The notes under the pieces are model-generated. The model worked only from the letters and a program-made list of their open reading frames with translations, ran no database searches and was not told the origin of the DNA. A DNA stretch of 45,714 bases. Source: an uncultured Muribaculaceae bacterium. GTDB taxonomy: Bacteria; Pseudomonadota; Alphaproteobacteria; Rs-D84. Position 1 is the stretch's first letter. Each line of letters starts with the position of its first letter. Both the position numbers and the translations under genes were made by a program. Of the stretch, positions 8,238 to 16,264 are shown in pieces. The stretch covers positions 1 to 45,714 of the forward strand of contig CAYIZJ010000001.1 of assembly GCA_964368045.1 (NCBI GenBank), written 5' to 3'.

Positions 8238-9803
8238 TTATATTTTTTCGATATCTGATGTGTCGGCACCGAACAAAGACATTGCATCAGCGATTGCTGG
8301 ATCGGTTTCTAATTCTTGGTTATTTACTTCTTTTAAAGTTTGAACATTTTCAGATTGTTCCAATTTATCCAAAGTCCATTTTTCACCGGTATAATCCAAC
8401 AGCCAATTCAATAATTTCAAACCGAAATCTTTATCGCCTTTTCTGTCGAAATATTTTATACAATTATTTTCAATCGATGAAATTTCAACATTTTCTTTGA
8501 AATAAGAATACAATATTATTTCTTTGGAATCTTTTAACCCATCCGACAAAGAGTTTGCATCAGTTATCGTTTTTTTTGCGACAACAGGTTGAACCGTTGG
8601 TTGTACAACAGGTTTAGATTCAGTTTGCGGAACAGCTGTTCGCACCATTGGTTTTGCTTCGTTTTGCAGTATTTCTGAAACAGATGGCATTTGTGCAATA
8701 TGAATCAATCGAATTGTTATCATATCAAAACATTGTTTTTGATTTTTTGCTGCATTCATTTCTGGGACAGCTGTGATTAAGACCTGCCAGATACGGGACA
8801 AAGAATTTAACGATGCGTCACGGATAGTGTCGATAATTTTTTTCTTTTGCTCTTCGGAATAAGGACAAGTTTTAACATCCGAACTTTTTAAAACCGGATG
8901 CATTCTGGTTGCCCAATGGGTCCATTCCAACATATCAGACATTAACATAGACAAATCTGTACCTGCATTATATACAGAATCAATCAATTCCAAACAACCC
9001 GAAACATTTCCGGATAAAACAAAATCCATCAAATTTAAAACGATGTTTCTATCGGCTCTTTTTAACATATCCATAACGGCTGCTTCATCAACTTTGCCGG
9101 CCGTTTGTGCGATTGCCTGATCCAACAAAGACAGACCATCACGAACAGAACCGTCCGCAGAACCCGCAATCAATTCGTTTGCCCCATCTGTTAATTCAAC
9201 GTTTTCAGATTTTGCAATTTTTGAAAAATGTTCTTTTAATGTTTCGACACTAACCCGTGCCAAATCAAATCTTTGACATCTGGATAAAATGGTTACAGGA
9301 ATTTTACGAACTTCGGTTGTCGCAAGTATGAATATTACATGGCTTGGTGGTTCTTCCAATGTTTTCAACAAAGCATTAAAAGCAGGTGTCGATAACATAT
9401 GAACTTCGTCGATTATATAAACTTTGTATCTGGCATTTGTTGGTTTATATTGAACACCACCCAAAATATCACGAATATTATCAACCCCGCTGTGTGATGC
9501 GGCGTCAATTTCCAAAACATCAATATGTTGTCCGGATGAAATAGATAAACAGTTTTCGCAAACACAACACGGATTTTGGGCCGGAACATTTTCGGACAAA
9601 CAATTCAAAGCCTTTGCAAAAATACGGGCTGTACTGGTTTTTCCTGTACCACGAATACCGGTTAAAACGTATCCATGTGCGATGCGTCCCGTACCGATTG
9701 CGGTTGTCAAAGTTTTGACCAATACATCTTGGCCGATTAAAGATTTAAAATCCTGACTGCGATATTTGCGGGCAAGAACTGTGTAATTAGAACTCATGTC
9801 CAC
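8238..9803 (-). CDS. dnaX: DNA polymerase III subunit gamma/tau
   Basis: 521 aa with Walker A GIRGTGKTSTARIFAKALNC, a Cys module NPCCVCENCLS, IIDEVHMLS and ILSRCQRFDL (SRC motif). A Pro/Gln/Val-rich linker precedes a short C-terminal domain. Confidence 0.95.
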   Translation of the reverse strand: MDMSSNYTVLARKYRSQDFKSLIGQDVLVKTLTTAIGTGRIAHGYVLTGIRGTGKTSTARIFAKALNCLSENVPAQNPCCVCENCLSISSGQHIDVLEIDAASHSGVDNIRDILGGVQYKPTNARYKVYIIDEVHMLSTPAFNALLKTLEEPPSHVIFILATTEVRKIPVTILSRCQRFDLARVSVETLKEHFSKIAKSENVELTDGANELIAGSADGSVRDGLSLLDQAIAQTAGKVDEAAVMDMLKRADRNIVLNLMDFVLSGNVSGCLELIDSVYNAGTDLSMLMSDMLEWTHWATRMHPVLKSSDVKTCPYSEEQKKKIIDTIRDASLNSLSRIWQVLITAVPEMNAAKNQKQCFDMITIRLIHIAQMPSVSEILQNEAKPMVRTAVPQTESKPVVQPTVQPVVAKKTITDANSLSDGLKDSKEIILYSYFKENVEISSIENNCIKYFDRKGDKDFGLKLLNWLLDYTGEKWTLDKLEQSENVQTLKEVNNQELETDPAIADAMSLFGADTSDIEKI

Positions 9804-9866
9804 CTTCCTTATGCGTATAAGGGTATCAAATAAAATCGAAATTTCAAGGATTAAAAAATAAAATTT

Positions 9867-10184
9867 TTATTTCAAATTTTGGATAAAATCTGGGAAATCA
9901 GATTCTTCTTCGTCTGCAATTTGCCCTGATGCTTCTTCGACAATATCAGCAGGTGCAGGACAAGCGGGTGCTGATTTATCTTTGACATCACGACCTGCGT
10001 CTATTTTGCCCTGTTCAGCAGACACTTGACGACCGAAATGTTCCGCCATTTGCAACAAGCGTTCACGTTCAACAACATCAGATGTTTGTCTTGCTTGATC
10101 CATATATTGTTTACGTCTTTGACGCCATTTATGACAACGTTGAATCATCATTCCAACACCAGATTGATTTTTTTTATTTTGCAT
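9867..10184 (-). CDS. DUF4167-like small basic protein (alphaproteobacterial family)
   Basis: 105 aa. KQYMDQARQTSDVVERERLLQMAEHFGRQ resembles the core I recall for DUF4167 (...KYLxLARDAxxxGDxVxAENYLQHAEHYFR). The N-terminus is basic and the C-terminus acidic. Confidence 0.5.
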   Translation of the reverse strand: MQNKKNQSGVGMMIQRCHKWRQRRKQYMDQARQTSDVVERERLLQMAEHFGRQVSAEQGKIDAGRDVKDKSAPACPAPADIVEEASGQIADEEESDFPDFIQNLK

Positions 10185-10328
10185 ATTTTCTTAACTTATT
10201 TTTATTTGGAAGTCAATTTTGGTAACACTAAATTTACCGTTCTATGACATATATGATAATTCATATGAAAACCGATTGCAATAATTTTTTTCAATTGCTA
10301 TGATAATAAACAAAAGAGAGGATAATTT

Positions 10329-11684
10329 TTGCAAAAGCAATCAGGAAATTTTTTATTGCAAGCCTTATTAGCATTAACACTGATTATTGGTTTTATGCCT
10401 TTGTTTACGAACAAAATTGCAACCCAAGAACAAGATGCGCGGATGAATACAGCGGTTAAACAGATTGAAATGGCATCAACTGCGGCAAAAATATATATCC
10501 AGGAAAATTTGAATGACATCAATTTTGAAACAACGACTATATCGGGGGATAAATTTACGGATTTATTGGAACCGTATGGATTGCCGCTGGGATTTATTCC
10601 AAAAACTTCGTACAACCAAGATTTGTCATTAGTTATTGTAAAAAGCGACACAGAAATTTATGCATATATTCAGGGAACCGGTGGCAATATGACCGAAAAC
10701 GAACTGGCACAACAGGCACGCCGAATTGGTTTTTACGGATCATACGAAGACAACATTATATACGCAATTGTCCCATTAAGTGAAGCTTTCCAAGATTTGG
10801 TTCCATTAAAAGAAAGAAATTTAACCAATTCTGGTTTTTTGGTCGATTTAAATATGGGTGATTTTGATATTGAAAACACTTCTATGCTATTGGGTCGAAA
10901 TGGGGAATTTGAAACAACCCAAATAAAAAATCTTTCATTATTAGGAATCGAAACTACGTTTGACGAACGAAACGAAATAAAAAATATGAATTCCAACATC
11001 GTTGTATTTCAATCCGATCAGGGTGATGCGGCTTTAACAATTAACACAGGTTTGTTGCAAACTGATTTTTTATCTGCTCGGACTTTTTCTGAATACGGTT
11101 CGGCTTCGAATTTATTGGCGGAAAATGTTGCAGTTTACGATTTCACCATGTCCGCCGGCAGCACCAGTTTTACAGGCCCCGCCGATTGGGAAGTGCGTGG
11201 AGACGTTATTGCGAACGACACGTCTTTTTCAACCGAAAGACTGGAAATAACATCTTTTATTGATGCGTCCGGCGGTCAGGATGTTTTCATCAGTCCAGAT
11301 TCTTTGGAATATTCTACCAATACAGGCATAACAACAGAATATATATACACAGCAAACATTACAATGCGTGACCAAACGTCCAGTGCGATATTACAAGGAC
11401 AAACAGGTGCGATTATATTAGACATCCGCCCTGCTGGAACATCTTTATTGCCTGATGCTTTGGTTTCCTGGATTAACAATGACGAAATTAAAATTTTAAA
11501 AGAACCGCTTGAACAAAGCTCGGATACAATTTCGTGCAAAGAACACATAACCACATTAGGCGGAACATATAATGCAAAATCTGTATCGCAATATATTATT
11601 TGCAGATATTTATTTTTACAAGCATTAGAAGAAAGAATAAATGCAAAAGAATGTTTATTACAAGGTGGGTCAAACTGTGTTTAA
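10329..11684 (+). CDS. Large prepilin-like protein, paralog 1 (Gln at +5, GspK-like head)
   Basis: 451 aa with a TTG start preceded by SD AGAGAGGA. The head is MQKQSG|NFLLQALLALTLIIGFMPLF. The central motif is DLNMGDFDIENT (nt 10848-10886), and the C-terminus holds four Cys. Confidence 0.65.
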   Translation: MQKQSGNFLLQALLALTLIIGFMPLFTNKIATQEQDARMNTAVKQIEMASTAAKIYIQENLNDINFETTTISGDKFTDLLEPYGLPLGFIPKTSYNQDLSLVIVKSDTEIYAYIQGTGGNMTENELAQQARRIGFYGSYEDNIIYAIVPLSEAFQDLVPLKERNLTNSGFLVDLNMGDFDIENTSMLLGRNGEFETTQIKNLSLLGIETTFDERNEIKNMNSNIVVFQSDQGDAALTINTGLLQTDFLSARTFSEYGSASNLLAENVAVYDFTMSAGSTSFTGPADWEVRGDVIANDTSFSTERLEITSFIDASGGQDVFISPDSLEYSTNTGITTEYIYTANITMRDQTSSAILQGQTGAIILDIRPAGTSLLPDALVSWINNDEIKILKEPLEQSSDTISCKEHITTLGGTYNAKSVSQYIICRYLFLQALEERINAKECLLQGGSNCV

Positions 11685-12894
11685 AAAGAAGTTAAAAATT
11701 TTTAATGCAACCCGATACGAACTGCAAAATCAACAACGTGGTGCCAGTTTATTGGAAATCATGTTAGTGTTTTCTATTGTTGCAGCGTTAAGTCCTTTTT
11801 TCTATTCCCAAATTGCGGACATTTCCAAAAGTATGCAAGACGTTGCAACCGCAAAAAAAGTTATAACCATTCGTGAAAATGCTTTGAATTTCGTGCGATT
11901 AAATCAGGATAAATGGCCCGATATCGCACAAATAATTTTGTCCGATGCAGAATTGGATTCCATCAGCCCTATGCCGGAACTTGGTTTAATCGATAAATAT
12001 CCCGTACAAGATTCTTATGTAACTGATATATATTTGATATTTTCATTTCCCGACGGGGCAACACGCAGTGCACAAATCGCACAAAAAATTGGACCGGACG
12101 CAACAATTGTTTCAAATGATGGTGTTGCATATACCGCCAGCTGGGCGATAAGTTCACCTGATTTTTTACCTGGGGATTTGGTATACAAAATAAACTATGA
12201 TTTTAATACACAAAACATTGAAAAATATTTACATAAAACAGCATCCGAAAACGAAGAATTGAATATAATGGCCCGACCATTAAATATGAATAATTTTGAT
12301 TTACAAAATGTTGGCAACCTCACGGCAACTTCGTCTTCGTTTGACGAAGTCACAGCAGCATTTTTACAAGCCACAGATTTATATGCATCAAACATATATT
12401 TTTCCAAAGGTGCAAATATCGAAAGTGATGAAATAAATATAAAAAGCATACGTGTGAACAAAGATATAACCGGATTCAATGAAGTCGCAACAAAAACTTT
12501 GAACAAACAAGGATTTTCAACCGACGGCGGTATTATTGCAAATCGTGCCAATATTTACAATTCTGTAAACGTTGGAAATAATTTAAATTTAAATCCATCG
12601 GGCAGTTTAAGTGTATCCGGCTTTGCGGGAATTATGGCACATTATGTTGAAACAGCTTATTTGGCAACGGACGAATTGATTTTCCATAATAATTTTGGAA
12701 TCACATTGTCCAGCGAACTTTTGATGTCAACAGAAACACCTTTGAAAATCGGCAATTGGTCTTTTCCGTCCAGCACACCGCCATCATTCACCGATTTCGG
12801 ATTGGGTCGAACCGTTATTCCACAATCTATTGAAACAACAGAATTTGAAAAAATAATGGATTCTGCATGGCAGGATATCCCACAAAAACAATAA
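11677..12894 (+). CDS. Large prepilin-like protein, paralog 2
   Basis: The ORF is open from ATG 11641. GTG 11677 is preferred because it has SD AAGGTGG 7 nt upstream and forms an 8-nt GTGTTTAA overlap with the upstream stop. The head is ...QNQQRG|ASLLEIMLVFSIVAALSPFF (Glu +5). The central motif is PLNMNNFDLQNV (nt 12280 onward), and a beta-rich N/S/G repetitive C-terminal half follows. Confidence 0.65.
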   Translation: MFKKKLKIFNATRYELQNQQRGASLLEIMLVFSIVAALSPFFYSQIADISKSMQDVATAKKVITIRENALNFVRLNQDKWPDIAQIILSDAELDSISPMPELGLIDKYPVQDSYVTDIYLIFSFPDGATRSAQIAQKIGPDATIVSNDGVAYTASWAISSPDFLPGDLVYKINYDFNTQNIEKYLHKTASENEELNIMARPLNMNNFDLQNVGNLTATSSSFDEVTAAFLQATDLYASNIYFSKGANIESDEINIKSIRVNKDITGFNEVATKTLNKQGFSTDGGIIANRANIYNSVNVGNNLNLNPSGSLSVSGFAGIMAHYVETAYLATDELIFHNNFGITLSSELLMSTETPLKIGNWSFPSSTPPSFTDFGLGRTVIPQSIETTEFEKIMDSAWQDIPQKQ

Positions 12895-12907
12895 AGATAA
12901 AAAAGAA

Positions 12908-14224
12908 ATGAAATTATTTAAAAGAGCTTTTTTTGAAAATCAACGTGGTGCAACAATGGTTGAATTTTTGTTGACACTTGGGCTGGCGGCGGCAATGATT
13001 CCATTTTTACTGGGGTTTCAAACCGATCGTATTCGTCGTGCCGAAAACATTGCAATAACTCGTGAAATGCAATTATTTCAAAACGCACTGGAAAAATACA
13101 TAACGACAAATAAAAGCGATTTGGAAAAAACTATTGGAAAAAGCATTACACGTGTTGATATTGTTTCTTTATCCGATTACGGCATCAGCGAACAGACTTT
13201 GAATAAATACAAAGACAAAATTCAACTTCGGATTTTAAAATCAGACAACGATAAAAATCAAATCGTTTTACAGGGTGTTATCGTTTTAAATGATGCAGAC
13301 ATTACATCTTTTCGCACGAACGAAATTGTAAATTTGGGTGATTCAAATATCGGATACATCCAAGAAAACCAAGCATACGGTGTTGGTGGCACTTGGCAAA
13401 CAAATACCAAAAACCTTGACTTAATAAAAACAGATGGTTTGGTAAAAATAACAAAACCGAAAATCAGCCAAGACAATTATTTATGGCGTTTACCATCGGA
13501 CAACAATTCAGATGCAACGATGTTAAATTCTTTGAACATGGCAAACCGTGACATTACGAATGTAAAATTCTTTGATGGTAAATATGGAAAATTTGGCGAA
13601 TATATCAAAACCCAAGAAATTCAATCCGACACAGTTGTATTTGAAACTCGTAGTAATTTAGGTGGCCAACTTAATTCAGCCAGTGCGACAATTTCAGGAA
13701 CACTATCTTCGGATTCGACCAACATGTATGTTTCCGACACGATAAGTTTGACGGGTGTCGGAAAATTTGATTCGATTGAATCCAATGATTTATGGGTGAA
13801 CGATTTAAATTTATCCGGATTATACGTATCGGATGAATTCAGCGAAGAACCTGCGATTTTAAAAATCCTACGCAAACTGGAATTAACAGAAGGCACAATA
13901 TATGCAAATTACACAACAGTTGGATTTGACGGATCAATTACACCACGATTGATAATAGGCAGCCGTATCGAAGACGCTTCGAATCCTGAATACTTTTGGG
14001 ATGCCGATTTAAAATCTGCGAAGTTTTCCGACGTTACTTTTGCGGAATTAAATCGATTATCAACAGAGTTAAACCGATTGCATCGCAGCAAATTAACAGT
14101 TTCTACGAAAATATTTCAAATCCCAGCGAATAACCAAAACGCAACAATTACAGATTTTATCAATGCTTTGAATGAAATCGAAGCCCTGATAAAAATAAAA
14201 TATCAGCAGTTGAATTTAGAATAA
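12908..14224 (+). CDS. Large prepilin-like protein, paralog 3 (TadE-like head)
   Basis: 438 aa. The head is MKLFKRAFFENQRG|ATMVEFLLTLGLAAAMIPFLLG (Glu +5, xVEF as in TadE-type heads). The central motif is YLWRLPSDNNSDATMLNSLNMANRDITNV (nt 13532 onward). Confidence 0.65.
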   Translation: MKLFKRAFFENQRGATMVEFLLTLGLAAAMIPFLLGFQTDRIRRAENIAITREMQLFQNALEKYITTNKSDLEKTIGKSITRVDIVSLSDYGISEQTLNKYKDKIQLRILKSDNDKNQIVLQGVIVLNDADITSFRTNEIVNLGDSNIGYIQENQAYGVGGTWQTNTKNLDLIKTDGLVKITKPKISQDNYLWRLPSDNNSDATMLNSLNMANRDITNVKFFDGKYGKFGEYIKTQEIQSDTVVFETRSNLGGQLNSASATISGTLSSDSTNMYVSDTISLTGVGKFDSIESNDLWVNDLNLSGLYVSDEFSEEPAILKILRKLELTEGTIYANYTTVGFDGSITPRLIIGSRIEDASNPEYFWDADLKSAKFSDVTFAELNRLSTELNRLHRSKLTVSTKIFQIPANNQNATITDFINALNEIEALIKIKYQQLNLE

Positions 14225-14243
14225 TATATGGTATATATAAGAT

Positions 14244-14747
14244 ATGAAAAAAACTTGTAACGTTTGCAAAACTAATTTTTATACGGATAAATCATTATCT
14301 GGGGCCGTTCGTTGTCCGATGTGCGGAATGATGATACACAATAAAAAGCCAGCGAATAAAAAATCATTACTTACTTTGTTTGCATCAATTTGTGCATTGT
14401 TGGCAGTATCTGTGTTTTCTTATTATTCTATAAAAACCCATCGCATTGACAATATGACTAAAAACCCACTGATTGCCGAAGTATTAAAAACAAACGTCAT
14501 AACAGTCGAAGGTGAAAAACAAATCGAAGTTTATGGACGCATAAAAAACATCAGTGAATATGTATACGGTGTACCAAATGTATTTGTAATATCCAAAGAC
14601 AAAGATGATAATATTTTAAGCATTCAAAAATTTATGCCACCTGCAACATTACTGGGTTCGGATGAATATGTTGATTTTAAATATTTGTTATCCGGTTCGA
14701 TTTATGACACCGCAAAAATAACCGTTCAATTAAAGGATGTTAAATGA
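14244..14747 (+). CDS. MJ0042-type zinc-ribbon membrane protein with DUF3426-like C-terminal domain
   Basis: 167 aa. It begins with CxxC...CxxC (CNVCKTNFYTDKSLSGAVRCPMCG), then one TM (LLTLFASICALLAVSVFSYY). The C-terminal beta domain carries IEVYGRIKNISEYVYGVPNVFVISKDKDDNIL. Confidence 0.6.
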   Translation: MKKTCNVCKTNFYTDKSLSGAVRCPMCGMMIHNKKPANKKSLLTLFASICALLAVSVFSYYSIKTHRIDNMTKNPLIAEVLKTNVITVEGEKQIEVYGRIKNISEYVYGVPNVFVISKDKDDNILSIQKFMPPATLLGSDEYVDFKYLLSGSIYDTAKITVQLKDVK

Positions 14748-15208
14748 TTAAAAAGCTTATTTTATTCGTATTTTTAATATCAAATTTCGGGATAGCGGCA
14801 GCAGCGGATTCGGATGCACCGTCACGTGTTACTGTTTTTTCAACCAGTTCCGACTGGCAGGCGATAACAGGATTGCGATTAAACCAACATCGTGTTGAAA
14901 TCATACCCGACAAAACAATCATAGATCAGGGTTTGGAATTATATTACTTGGACGGATTTCCATGTTACGGCGAAGGCGGCCGAACTTTTTATTGGCAGGG
15001 ACCTTGGGGTGAACATAGTGATTGGGATATAATGGTTGTGTGTATTTATCCGCCAACTGAACTTCTTTTTGCATGGCATCATGCAAAACAAGATGCATTC
15101 CAAGAAACAACCACAGGATTGTTAAAATGCCCAGTTGAAGGCGAACACACATTGACCGTCAATATGTCAAAATGCACATTTGAAAAAGACTGGAAGGAAT
15201 ATAAATAA
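14744..15208 (+). CDS. Secreted protein, function unknown
   Basis: 154 aa with a signal peptide (LILFVFLISNFGIAAAADS), four Cys and a Trp-rich core (FYWQGPWGEHSDWD). It has an ATGA overlap with the upstream gene and a TAATG overlap with the downstream gene. Confidence 0.55.
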   Translation: MIKKLILFVFLISNFGIAAAADSDAPSRVTVFSTSSDWQAITGLRLNQHRVEIIPDKTIIDQGLELYYLDGFPCYGEGGRTFYWQGPWGEHSDWDIMVVCIYPPTELLFAWHHAKQDAFQETTTGLLKCPVEGEHTLTVNMSKCTFEKDWKEYK

Positions 15209-16179
15209 TGTCAGAAAATCGTAACTTTACAATATATGAATCAGATGCAGGTCAAAGATTGGATAAATTTTTGGCGACTATGATGCCGGAATATTCCAGA
15301 AACGAAATCCAACGGTTCGAAGTAACCAAAACAATTGATGGAATATCAATGCCGGCAAAGTTTTCGGAAAAAATTAAAACAGGTACGGAATATGCGGTAT
15401 TGGTCCAAGGCTTGGAAAAACCAGACACCGATTTAAAACCTGAAAACAATTTTGATTTGACAATATTGTTCGAAGACGAAGATATAATTGTTGTTAACAA
15501 GCCTCGTGGTGTTGTTATGTATCCAGCCGCCGGTAATGCAACGGGGACATTGGTTCAAAATATTTTATCACACACACATTTATCCGCATTGGGCGGCAAC
15601 GTTCGCCCTGGGGTTGTTCATCGTTTGGACAAAGACACCAGTGGGGTTGTTGTTTTGGCAAAATCTGATGCGGCTTTCAAAGAATTAACAAAAACTTTTG
15701 CGGACCACACCCTGACCCGTAAATATATTGCAATCTGTTGGGGCGTTCCAACATGGGAAAGTGCCGATATCACTGGTAACATTGCACGATCTTCTCGTAA
15801 TCGCCAAAAAATGTCAATGGTTAAAACCGGTGGCAAACATGCCGAAACCGAGGTCGAAGTCGTTAACATATGGGGACGGGAAAAAATTTGTGAACTTCGT
15901 TGTGCTTTGAAAACAGGTCGCACCCATCAAATCAGGGTTCATTTATCCACACACGGATTTCCTGTTTTATGTGACCCTATTTATGGCCGTGGTTCAACCC
16001 GTCTGGGCAGTGTTAAAAATATGGATTTATTGGACTTTTTATCCGAAAATAATGGTCAAATGCTGCATGCAAAAATATTGGAATTTGATCACCCTGTAAC
16101 GGGCGAAAAAATGAAATTTAACACAAAATTACCATCCGACATGCAAGAATTGAAATATATTTTAGAATCCGATCGTTAA
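15208..16179 (+). CDS. rluD: RluA-family 23S rRNA pseudouridine synthase (RluD-like)
   Basis: 323 aa with an S4-like N-terminus (GQRLDKFLATMMPEYSRNEIQR). It carries the catalytic motif HRLDKDTSGVVVLAKS and GRTHQIRVHL. Confidence 0.85.
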   Translation: MSENRNFTIYESDAGQRLDKFLATMMPEYSRNEIQRFEVTKTIDGISMPAKFSEKIKTGTEYAVLVQGLEKPDTDLKPENNFDLTILFEDEDIIVVNKPRGVVMYPAAGNATGTLVQNILSHTHLSALGGNVRPGVVHRLDKDTSGVVVLAKSDAAFKELTKTFADHTLTRKYIAICWGVPTWESADITGNIARSSRNRQKMSMVKTGGKHAETEVEVVNIWGREKICELRCALKTGRTHQIRVHLSTHGFPVLCDPIYGRGSTRLGSVKNMDLLDFLSENNGQMLHAKILEFDHPVTGEKMKFNTKLPSDMQELKYILESDR

Positions 16180-16264
16180 TTTTTATTCCAAAAACTTTAT
16201 TATTTTTATTTGTTTTAAATGTTTTTTTATGATATAATATCCGTATGATAACGGAGTAAAGAGA

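Noticed and set aside
11641-11676. ATG at 11641 as the start of prepilin-like paralog 2
   Set aside because: It would overlap the upstream gene by 44 nt and add 12 residues with no SD. GTG 11677 has a good SD (AAGGTGG) and a typical GTGTTTAA start/stop overlap. The choice remains uncertain.
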